From Octopus vulgaris (taxonomy: Eukaryota), in assembly GCA_951406725.2 (NCBI GenBank), contig OX597830.1:52700001-52764000 (forward strand): a stretch of DNA of 64,000 nucleotides. The letters run 5' to 3'. Shown in pieces: positions 52,664 to 64,000 of this stretch (positions are counted from its first letter, which is position 1; every line of letters begins with the position of its first letter). Under the pieces are notes generated by a model. That model saw only the letters and a list, made by a program, of their open reading frames with translations, searched no databases and was not told the DNA's origin. A program made the position numbers and the translations under genes.

Positions 52664-54355
52664 TTAAGGCATTTCATGGTTTCAAAGATAATTTCTCAAT
52701 AGCATGATCAACAAGCGCATGTATTTCTTACTGAATTCCATTTACACATTTATAAATCCCAAACTTAAAAGGCACACTCCACGGGGACTTTTAGGCTAGC
52801 TCCTGCAGAGGGTTAAGTGGGCTTGCGGCCTGAAACTAAAGATAATAAAGCATATATTGGTACCCTACCAATATGGTATTACTTTAAATTCAATTTAAAT
52901 GAAAAACTTGTCAGCTAACAAATTTTTTGAGTTCTTTTAAAATTTGAATTTTCAACTGTTAGCTTATAGCAAGTCCTCATCCAGGCGTGATCCCAATGCT
53001 GCATCTTCAAGAACCAATTGAAGGACAGATCAGATTTTCAATCTTGGGATCATCCTGATTCTAAAAAGGTATATGTCTCTCTCTCTCTTTCGGAGAGGCA
53101 CAAGCACCTACACGCACATATACACACACGGCAGTAACTTCCGCCTGCCGAATTCAATCACAAAGCTTCGGTCGGCTCGGGGCTGTAGTGGAAGACACCT
53201 ACCCAAAGTGCCACGCAGTGGGACTGAACCCGAAACCATGTAGCTAAGAAGCAAGCTCCCTAACCACACAGCCATGCCCGCGCCTACATGTCTATGAAGA
53301 GCAAATTTAGACTGAGACACAGAGGTCTCAAACAGATGGACAATTTCGTGCTTATTATTATGGATGTCTTTCAACCCCATTCAAAATATATACACTCCTT
53401 TCACAAATAACAAATACATATTTCAAACTCATGAACTTCACTTAAAGAGTAGAACAATAAACAATTTTTCCTGTCTTCCACTAAATATTAATATCAATAT
53501 TGTGCAAATATTCCATGTATCTCCTCTACAGCAACAGACCGATTTCTGTCCTCATTCTTGATCTCTCTTTGGCTGGGTAACCACATATCTCCTCTACGGC
53601 AAGACACCTGTTTCTATCCCTCAGTCACACTCTAACCACTCATCACCTAGCACAAGGCCACCCCTCTCAAACAATCTTTGTCTTGCAAGTTACTTGGTGA
53701 CCTTACCAGTGCCGAGGCATCCAATCCACTGTAAAGTGGCTGGTGTTTGGAAGGGCATCCAGTTGTAAAAACCATGCCAAAACAGGCTTCACTGGTGCTG
53801 ATGCCATGTGAAAAGCACTTTGTCCACTGTGTAAGGTGGTTGGTATTAGGAAGGGCATTCAGCTGTAAAAACTCTGCCAAAACAGACAGTGAAGCCTGGA
53901 GCAGTCTTCTGCCTGGTCAGCCCTTGTCAAACCATCCAACCCATGCCAGTATGGAAAACAGATCTTAATTGATGATGACAATGATTCTTCACATAGAAAA
54001 ATATGTATTAACAATGTACCAAACACTCACTACTCATGTTAAAAATAAGCCTCAAGTTTTCCTAGATACTTCTTGACACTTTAAATACTGTTTTAAATAC
54101 GTCATATGAATGGTATATTGTTACAAAAATATTTTGCTTGTCATTCAAGAATGAGGGAGGTTCTTCTGTTTTTATTTTTCTTAGTAAGCATTATTAGTGA
54201 ATTTTGCAATGCGTCTCTTATTTCCTTCTTAATGTGTTGTTCCGCATGAATGCACAAGTTTAACTTACATAACACTTTAATAGACTTGTTTCTATCAACA
54301 TGTAACACAATGGTGTCATCGAAACCATTCTCTCTTTCTATAATTTCTATTTCAT

Positions 54356-54587
54356 AGGCGGCGAGCTGGCAGAAACGTTAGCCCTCCGGGCAAAATGCGT
54401 AGCCGTATTTCGTCTGTCGTTACATTCCGAGTTCAAATTCCGCCGAGGTCAACTTTGCCTTTCATCCTTTCAGGGTCGATAAATTAAGTACCAGTTACGC
54501 ACTGGGGTCGATATAATCGACTTAATCCGTTTGTCTGTCCTTGTTTGTCCCCTCGGTGTTTAGCCCCTTGTGGGTGGTAAAGAAATA
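54356..54587 (+). mobile_element. Nin-domain SINE (family C)
   Basis: Full head, core and tail; further copies at 58505 (-), 59248 (+) and 62062 (+). Confidence 0.85.
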
Positions 54588-55399
54588 TATACTTTCTATT
54601 CCAATTGTTTAAAATATGGAAATCATTTTAAGCTATTAAATATAAATTCAATACATGAGTAGCAGACAAACTGCCTTCATGTCAAACTGGGAACTTTTAA
54701 GTCTGAAATCCAAAACTGCAACTGAATATTATTATCATTATTATTATTAGTAGTAGTAGTAGTAGTGACTAGAAGTATTACTGCAGGCAAAGAAGCATTC
54801 CAAAATTCATGAAGTTTAAACTTACTAAGAAGGTAATAAACATTATCTGGTTCTCAAATGATACACAAAATATTTTTGAGAAAAAAATAGCAATAAAATC
54901 AGGTATTTAAAAACCATATTTAATGACAAAAAGTGTTTAAAACAATATACGACTTATTTTATTGTGTATATTGTATCTTTTATGTTTTACTTTTACTTGT
55001 TTCAGTCACTTTGACTGTGGCCATGCTGGAGCACCACACTGAAGGGTTTTTTGTCAAGCAAATTGACCCTAGGGCATATTTCTTTTAAAGCCTAGTATTT
55101 ATTCTATCAGTCTCTTTTGCTGAACCACTAAGTCATGTGGATGTAAACACACCAACACCAGATGTCAAGCAGTGGTGGGAGACAAACACAGACACAAAGA
55201 CACACACACATAGATACAGAGACATATATATATCATCATCATCATTTAATGTTCACTTTCCATACTGGTATGGTTGGATAGTTTGACAGGAGTTGGCTAG
55301 GCAAAGTACTGCACCATGCTTTGCTGTCTGCTTTTGGCATGGTTTTTGCACCTGGATGCCCTTCCTAACACTAACCACTCAACAGAGTGGACTAGCTGC

Positions 55400-55778
55400 T
55401 ACAAGGGTGATGCCTAAGCTAGAAACAACTACAGAGGTATCAAATTGCTAAACCAGGTCACGAAAGCTCAACTAATTAGGAATATAATTAAACTAGATGA
55501 AAAGCAATTTAGTTTTGTACAGGTGAAGAGTACCACAGATGCCATCTTCCTAGTGAGACAGCTGCAGGTAAAATATTTGGCCAAAAGTAGGCCATTGTAC
55601 TTGGCTTTCGTCAACCAGGAGATAGAGTCCCTCACTCTGTTATCTGGTGGTCTCTAAGGAAGTAAGGAGTAGATGAGTAGCTTGTTAGAGCTGTACAAGC
55701 TATGTGTAGCACAGTGCTGTCAGTAGGGTGAGAGTCGACCAGTGATGAGTTTAACGTACAAGAAGGAGTCCACCAGGG
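55400..55778 (+). mobile_element. RTE LINE RT fragment
   Basis: STTDAIFLVRQLQ.KYLAKSRPLYLAFV motif. Confidence 0.85.
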
Positions 55779-56107
55779 ACTTACCTTCGAAACGTGGAGT
55801 AGATGAAACAGGGACAACTGAAGAAGGGGAATATTCTTTATGTTGCATGTCTCATTTCTCCGTTTGGTTTTTTTGTTGTTCGGAAAAAAGTTCGTTTTCG
55901 ATGTTTTTGTTTTTATGTTTTCGTTTCTCCTTGTGTTCAACGTTTTTTTATGTCCTGTACCCATATATGCATGTATATATACATATATATGTAGGTATGT
56001 ACATATATGCATGTATGTATACATATATATGTAGGTATGTACATATATGCATGTATATATACATATATATGTAGGTATGTACATATATGCATGTATATAT
56101 ATATATA

Positions 56108-56968
56108 TCATCATCATCATCATTTAACGTCCGCTTTCCATGCTAGCATGGGTTGGACGGTTCAACTGGGGTCTGGGGAGCCCGAAAGCTGCACCAGTCC
56201 AGTCAGATCTGGCAGTGTTTCTACAGCTGGATGCCCTTCCTAACGCCAACCACTCCGAGAGTGTAGTGGGTGATTTTATGTGCCACCGACACAGGTGCCA
56301 GACGAGGCTGGCAAACGGCCACGCTCGGATGGTGTTTTTTATGTGCCACCGACACAGGTGCCAGACGAGGCTGGCAGACGGCCACGCTCGGATGGTGTTT
56401 TTATGTGCCACCGACACAGGTGCCAGATGAGGCTGGCAAACGGCCACGATCGGATGGTGCTTGTTACGTGCCCACAGCACGGAGGCCAGTCGATGCGGTA
56501 CTGGCTACGGCCACGTTCGGATGGTTTTCTTGTGTGCCACGTGCCACCGGCACTGGTACCACAAAGATACAAATTCCATTGATGTTCATCTATTTTGATT
56601 TGTTTTGATTTTCACTTGCCTCAACAGGTCTTCACAAGTGTCACAAGAAGGAAGGTATGCACAGGTGGACTGACTACATCCCAGGTAGGGGCCATGGGTT
56701 ATGGCCTGACTAGTCTTGCCGGGTCTTCGGATGGTGTTTTTATGTGCCACCGACACAGGTGCTAGATGAGGCTGGCGAACGGCCACGATCGGATGGTGTT
56801 TGTCATGTGCCCACCGCACTGACTACAGCACTGATGGATTTCTTGTGTGCCACAGGCACTGGTACCACAAGATACAAATTCCATTGGTGTTCATCTATTT
56901 TGTCTATTTTGATTTGATTTGATTTGATTTTCACTTGCCTCAACCGGTCTTCACAAGTGTCACAAGAA
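56108..56968 (-). mobile_element. Family D element with internal ~62-bp tandem units and a duplicated segment
   Basis: ttttatgtgccaccgacacaggtgccaga repeated at ~56275, 56337, 56400 and 56737; 56545-56652 is repeated at ~56855-56970. Confidence 0.8.
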
Positions 56969-57260
56969 GGTATATACAACAGGCTTCTTTCAGTTTCCAT
57001 CTACCACATCTGCTCACAAGGCTTTGGTTGGCCTGAGGCTATAGTAGAAGACACTTGCCCAAGGTGCCACACAGTGGGACTGAACCTGGAACCATGTGGT
57101 AGGGAAGAAAGCTTCTTTACCACACAGCCATATCTGTATGTTTGCAATACTGTTAATGCACGTTTTTGGTAATATCCAACCAATTATCTGTAACATAAGT
57201 TTCTAATAGATGCTGACAGACAAAAAAGAAAAGTTTAATTTTCATGACTAAAGAACTTAC

Positions 57261-57330
57261 GGAAGATTCTAGAATGTTTTGACAGACATATGAAAACTTG
57301 GAGTTTAGAGCTCCTGAGGGACTTTACACA
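57261..57330 (-). other. Candidate 5'UTR exon of the uridine phosphorylase gene
   Basis: cttcag acceptor and gtaagt donor in unique sequence. An upstream exon is expected because the ATG exon begins at an acceptor. Confidence 0.35.
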
Positions 57331-59841
57331 CTGAAGGTGACAACCGTGTTTTTAGATCTGTTTTGATAAGATAATTTTCATTCCTCAACATTTTCTCTAA
57401 GAAATTATTCCTGTTGTGACCACCTTCTAATTGATATGAGATCTTCTAATTGATATGAGATATGTTTCAGCTCTCATCATTTGATAATTTCATCATTTCT
57501 TGATTCACAGACATAACTAATAAATTGTACATAATGTAAATTAAAAACGTTTAGTATTATAAATAAACACTGTTGAAGGTAATTCTTTCTTCTACTGATT
57601 ATTCAACATGTAAAATATAGCACAACAGATACGTTAAGTTTCAAATCATCTGACTGAAATACCATATTGCAAAGATAACTGCATACCATCTTTGAGTACC
57701 ATTTTGAATATCGTATTCTGCACTGTCCTTTAGCTCCATTTTTATCAAATTCTCAAGAATGATTTGAGTCACATAATCTTTGAAAGATAACCTTGAATAG
57801 ATTCAGTCATACTTTGGTCTGGTGATAAGAGCCTGGCCCTTTCAGCAAGCAACATTTATTTTTGAGAAGAAATTAATTACATTATCACAGACCTTTTACA
57901 GATAAAATTCTTAGTTTCAAATTTCAGAGGTTTAGCCCCAATGCCAAGACTTTCCATATGGCCATCATACCTACCTAAGTTAAGCAGAAGTCTGTAATTT
58001 GCTTTTTACTGTTATTATCCTGAAGAATCTTTTCTTTCAAAGTAGCAGTCATGCCTTTGACATTTCTGGGTCATTAACGGGAAGTTCATTCACTTGAAGT
58101 GCAACTTACGCAAATAATGTCATTGCTACGAGTTAAAAACTTTTATGTTCGTAGGTTTTATTCAGCGATATGCTATATCAAATATCGTCAGATACAAAAC
58201 ATATTAGTGTATGTATTAACAACGAATACCATATGATGCAAATGGTGTTAATACGCGCAATATTTTCTAGATACTTTCGTTTTTATTAACAGTTCCTAGA
58301 ACTTCAACAATCTGCGAATGAGGTTTTAGTGAAATGAAGGCCACGTGATAGGTTAGGCTAATAAAATGTGAGCTTTTGATATATTTCAACCGAAATATGC
58401 AAAAAGAAACAGGAAAAATATTTTGAAAATGAAAACCATGAATCATTAACCTAACCTAAGATTCTAGAAATGACACAGATTATTATATCAAAAGGCTAAT
58501 TGATTTCAAATTTTGTCACAAGGCCAGCCATTTCGGGAGAGGGGTTAGTTGATTACATCAATGCCTGTGCTCTACTGATGCTTATTTTATCGACCCTGAA
58601 AGGTCTTGGAGGAATTTGAACCCAGAACATAAATACGGACAAAATGTTGCTAAGCATTTTCTCCGGCATGTTAACAATTATGTTAGTTCGCCTCTTTAAA
58701 TGGCTAATAATAAACATTCATCAGCTAAGTTGATGCAGTTGAACAATGAACCTTTATTTATTGAAGAAATGTGTTAAAAAAATAAAATTACATAGGAACT
58801 GAAAGTTTATAAAAATTTAATTCCTTGAAATGGAAAAAAATACTGTAAATACATTTGATACTGCGGTAAATTTTGTTAATCTGAAAATTTACCCAAAATT
58901 ATTTTATTTACATAAATCAAATAAACTCACTTTTAAACTACATTTCCCCAATGGAAAATCAGAACAAAATTTTATTAATTTAAATTGAATTTATTTACAT
59001 ATACAATTAACCGATCCATTTTACATAGATGTGATGGAAAAACAAACGAGATTTGCAATTAACTGAATTATGCACTTAAGCCGAATTAAAAACAGAATGC
59101 AGTGAGAAAATGAAAAGAAATTCTGAACTCTTTCAAAGAAACCCCTTTTTCTTTCCCTCCTCCCTTTGTTTTCTCTCCATGGCGTGGCGTACCTTTTTAT
59201 ATTCAAATTGTGTGTGTGTGTTTCCACACCATTATTTAGTTGTATTCAGAAACGTTAACACGCCAGGCGAAATGCGTTACGTTCTAGGTTCAAACCTCGC
59301 CGAGGTCGACTTTCATCCTTTTGGGGTCGATAAATAAAGTACCAGTTACGCACTGAGGTCGATATAATCGACTTAATCCCTTTGTCTGTCCTTGTTTGTC
59401 CCCTCTGTGTTTAGCCCCTTGTGGGCAGTAAAGAAATATATAGTTATATTCAGAAACTTGGTGACTGTTGGCTAAAGTTCTGTTAGACAGAAACAGAACA
59501 GGAGTATCGTAGGAGATACGTTAAACAACCTTCTAAGAGGACAGTTACGCACTGGGTGGTGGTGGTGACTATTCGTAAATATAAGTCGGAATTGGTTTGA
59601 CTGCCACTAACCGCACATCTACATGAAATTGTTACGGACAGTGAACTTCGAATGCTTTCACTGCTCCAAATAACTGTACCATGGACTTCCTTGCAAGTTG
59701 TATGGCTACAACCTGGAACAGAAGTACCGGGTTTATAAACTGCCCTGGATATCATAGTAATTTAGTTCTGTCAACTAAAGACTTAGCTCGTATTGGCGAT
59801 AGCGAGATGAGAGAACAGCGTGGTTTGTTGGCTTCTTACAT

Positions 59842-60268
59842 CCGTGGTTCTCAACAGAGGTCCATAGAGGACTTTTGGTGGATTCGCGCAAGCAAAATAG
59901 TAAATTTGGGATCCACAGTATTCCTACAAGTATTATAAGGGTCTATGAAAAAATTTGGTCAATCTCTAGTTTAAGACCCGGTCACAAAAATGAAAAAATA
60001 AAATAGTGTAATAGGTGTCCTGAACTAGAGATTAACCAAAATTTTTGCTTGAGATGTATTTATTACAAGAAAGAGCAACATTTCTTTCTTAACGTTTTAC
60101 ATACCTCAACCTTCACAAGTAAATGTGACAAACATAATAGGAAATTTTGAAAGAATCTATAAAACTAGTTTTTAAACGTCGAATGGCTATCGGAATCCAC
60201 CAGGGTGAAATACTAATCAAAAGGGTGTATAGGTAAAAAAAAAAAAAAAAAACAGTTGAGGCCCACTG
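59842..60268. mobile_element. hAT (Charlie-like) MITE
   Basis: Imperfect TIRs ccgtggttctcaac / gttgaggcccactg; degenerate 8-bp flanks tcttacat / gtttaaat. Confidence 0.6.
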
Positions 60269-60488
60269 GTTTAAATGAACAGACATTTGAGAGGATCAGA
60301 AGAGTCATCCAGCATGGCTAGAAAGAATCTATAAAACTAGTTTTTAAACGTCGAATGGCTATCGGAATCCACCAGAGTGAAATACTAATCAAAAGGGTGT
60401 ATAGGTAAAAAAAAAAAAACAGTTGAGGCCCACTGGTTTAAATGAACAGACATTTGAGAGGATCAGAAGAGTCATCCAGCATGGCTAG
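60149..60488. repeat. Two-copy tandem duplication (~170 bp)
   Basis: 60149-60320 is repeated at 60321-60488; the copies differ in one base and in A-run length. Confidence 0.92.
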
Positions 60489-61119
60489 ACAGAGATTACT
60501 GTCAAAGAAGTGCCAAATTTTTGTGAGTTCACGTCCACTTCTATTTTTGAAATACAAGTCAATATATAGCCACCAACAGGATATGTAAGATACTGTGAGT
60601 AATATGAATAAAGATTCCTATGATACAGCTGGAATAAATACCACTACCACCACTCTAAAAGAAGGGGAAAATTGTCAGCTTCACTCAGTTCTTCGTTTTG
60701 ATTACAGTGTGTATGGTTTAAGTACAAAGATTATAGGATATAAAGCCCAATACGTTGGGTAGTCGTTCGTGAACAGGTCCAGCCCGGATGAAACTCGAGA
60801 AGACTTTCAATATAATTATTAAAACCCAGAAACACACCTACGTACATATATACATACGTACGTACGTACGTTAGTAAGTAGGTACCTACCTAGTTACAAA
60901 CGTATGTAGGTAGGTGTGTGTGTTGATTATATTCAATATAATTAACACACACTTGCTAGCTCCCTCTCTCTCTCCCTGCACAGTCCGCGCGAAACTCAAG
61001 AGACTTTCAATATAATTAACACACACACCTACCTACATACGTTTGTAACTAGCTAGCTAGTTACTATCTCTCTATCTACATAGCTATCTATCTATCTAAA
61101 TAAATAGATAAATAGATAG

Positions 61120-61164
<45 letters not shown>

Positions 61165-64000
61165 TGTTTCTTTATAAGCCACACAGGGCTACACATAGAC
61201 AGGACAAATTACAAGGTAGAGCTTTTCTTTTGGGGGTAAAAAAAGGCGGTTTGGTTTTCGATCAAAAGGGATCGTAAAAGGAAAGAAAGAGGACAAAAAA
61301 AGGGGGGGATAAAATTTAATAAAAAAAAAAAAAAGATAGATAGATAGATAGAGATAAGATAGTTCGGAATTAGCATGAAGAGAGAAAAAGTGAGAAGCGG
61401 GGATGGATGTGTGTGAGTGTGTCTTGCCAAGAATCTTTATAGTCGAGTAGTTTTCTCCGCTTGATCGGTATTAACCAAACTATCAACAGGTTCAACACAC
61501 AGGGGTGAGACAAGGAAGATGAAACCTTTACATGTTCTCTCGACCTGCTAGAAATGGCAGCTAAATCTATCTTAAACTACATCATAATGTCTAAAAACTA
61601 TTTTTAAAAAAACGGACGACACGTTATATAATTAGCTGAGTGGTGGGGTGACTATTCGTAAATATAAGTCGGAATTGGTTTGACTGCCACTAATCGCATA
61701 TCTTGAATCGCATATCTTGTTACGGAAATTTCCAAATACTTTCACTTATACAATTTCTCCGAAAAATTGTCCAGATATACAATGTCCAAACAGGATGAAT
61801 AAAGAACACGTACACCTTGTTTATTGATGTGGGCCACTTTAGCCTAGGAGTTCAGAATTCATTACATTTACGTCATTTAAATATGTTAAGGAGTGTGTTG
61901 AGAGATGTTGGCTGCTGTGTTAAGGAGAACTGGTTGTTATGATAGTGGTGCCTTAGTAAATAAGAGTCTATTTATAAGCTGATGTAACGTGTGAGAGATT
62001 CTAGATAATATATAATGGGTTTCATTCATAATTGAGTACCAATATATCGCAATATGGTCCTGCGAGCTGTCAGAATGGTTAGCACGCAAAGCAAAATGTT
62101 TAGCGGCACCTGAGCACTGTATACAATAATTTCATTATTATAATTATTATTATTATTTTGTCCGTCTGAGCTTTACGTTCTGAGTTCAAATTCCGCCGAG
62201 GTCGACCTAGTCTCCCATCCTTTTGGATCGATAAAATAAATACTAGTAGAACACTGGGGTCGATGTAATCGGCTTACCACTCCCCTAAAATTGCTGGCCT
62301 TGTGTCAAAATTTGAAACTAATATGTTCCAAAATTCATAACGAAACAAAATGTTTAGTAATCGTAAGCCCTAACCCTAAGGCACTTGCAAATAAATAAGA
62401 AACATGTACTCCGCATGTTTGAGAACAGAGTCTGTGACATTAAATATTGTGTGGGTGGGTGATTCTGTTTGCACCGGTCTAAAGGAAATTCAGGATTATC
62501 ATTTATGTTATGTACCGTGGCTTGATTTTTCCACAGACAGTGACCTGTACAATAAGTGCAAGACTTAAATGAATACCAGGTATCGATTCGATTGATGAAA
62601 AATGAAAAACAAAAAAATTAAAAGGAGTGCCTCCCCATGGCCGCGGTCCCATAAATGAAACCACCTTCTACTTTTGTCCGTGCCAGCAAACGAAATGGTT
62701 ATATATTTGGTGGATTTTATTTCATGTTTGCGGTTAGAGTGTATTATGTGGACTGGTGAAACCTTTCTTGCGGTCGGTCAAGTTACGGTAACAGTTTACA
62801 ACATAACGCTACCAACAACAATACCATAATCATCGTCGTCATCAACACCACATTTCGTACCTTGGCAAGCAATTCTTTCTCCAATACTACAGCCACCTTT
62901 TTCTTTCAAACATTGTTTATAATTTTAAGCTATAGTTTAATTTTCAGAAAGAGTAACCTTAATAAAGAATTAAATGATTAATTATTTTAGTTTAATATAA
63001 TAATAATAACAGTAAATTCGTATATAGGCACAAGGTATGATTTTTTTTAACCCTCCCCCCACTTTTTTTTTTTTTAGTTGGGTGGTAGTGGAATATTAAT
63101 TAATGATTTTAACGACCTCAGTACTCGATTAGTTCATTATTTAATATATCCAAGAAAAATTAAAGGTAAAGTTGACACTACGAAATTAGTACTCCGAACG
63201 AAGAACACAACTAAATACGACCCGATGCTCTGAGTAACTATACCAACGCTTTCATTATAGAATACACATTTCATCGGTTTCATTATTTCGAAAAAGCTTT
63301 ATTAAAAATAAATAATGAAATCTATTAAATGTTTTGTCGAAAGAGACTCTTTAGAGGGTTCTATCATTCTTTACACTTTAACTGAAAGTATTCTGTTGGA
63401 GGGAGCTTTGCCCGGACTAAACAGAGTATCAGTCTAGATTTGTGATCCAGTTGTTATTGTGGCGGTCCTAGAAAACTGAAAGTTAGGAGTCGGCAAAAAC
63501 ACCCGTAGAAGAAAAACGAACTAAAAAGAAGTCTAAACATAATTCTCCCATCTTAAACAACAACAAAATTTGAAGGCCCTTAAGGCAGTCATTCGATAAA
63601 CCCAACAAGGTGGCCTCAGAACAGCATTAAGAAAAACATATTTCGCACTCGAAAAACAAAATCTGATTGAAAGTAGCGAAAGTATTCAAAAGTAGAAGAA
63701 CTACATTATATTTAAAGATCGTCGAAAGTGAAAGACGACGAGTTTCATCTGAGATAGATTTGCTTTTTGTATTTTTTTCTAGTAGAGTAAGCGATCAGGC
63801 GGAGACCCCTTATTCGATTTGGAGGTGTGTTTGTGTAGTTTAAGTGCTTGAATGATAGAATGGATTACACACAAGCTAACTTGCCAATTTTTATCAAATA
63901 ATATTCAGCATCTTAAAAAAAGACAGGAAAACAGAAAGGAGACATTGGATGACGTGGTCCTACGTGAATGAAGAAAAAAAAAGACGGAACTGTTACAGCT

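Noticed and set aside
52765-53090. Possible Kolobok-type element end (ttaaaaggcacactcc)
   Set aside because: No matching second TIR found, so it cannot be delimited.
56124-56608. Overlapping repeat-containing ORFs and a CRISPR-like periodicity
   Set aside because: Internal tandem units of a retro-derived repeat; no unique spacers, no cas genes, eukaryotic context.

Overview
AT-rich, microsatellite- and SINE-dense eukaryotic DNA. The repeat content looks like an octopus (coleoid cephalopod) genome; this is pattern recognition, not a database result. Almost all ORFs in the supplied track are spurious; the real genes are spliced and I reconstructed them by hand. (1) The last five coding exons (<1-8221, +) of a gene with a Ser-rich linker, one TM helix and a C-terminal amphipathic helix, resembling GRAMD2/GRAMD2B. 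(2) A complete 7-exon uridine phosphorylase CDS (50143-40348, -; 870 nt, 289 aa; all introns GT-AG and in phase). (3) A three-exon locus absent from the ORF track (29843-~33710, +) with CCAAT/CRE motifs, canonical splice sites and a polyA signal, whose middle exon is a frameshifted ankyrin repeat: a probable pseudogene or lncRNA. Mobile DNA includes Tc1, Tc2/pogo, Merlin, piggyBac and hAT elements, a solo LTR with a 4-bp TSD, CR1, RTE and Penelope fragments and four SINE-like families. Less ordinary structures are a ~1.5-kb fold-back element around a promoter/first-exon-like core, two hammerhead-ribozyme-like relics, five near-perfect hairpins, a head-to-tail Nin-SINE array and a 27-bp minisatellite grown from a splice donor. 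I found no well-supported novel multi-gene system.
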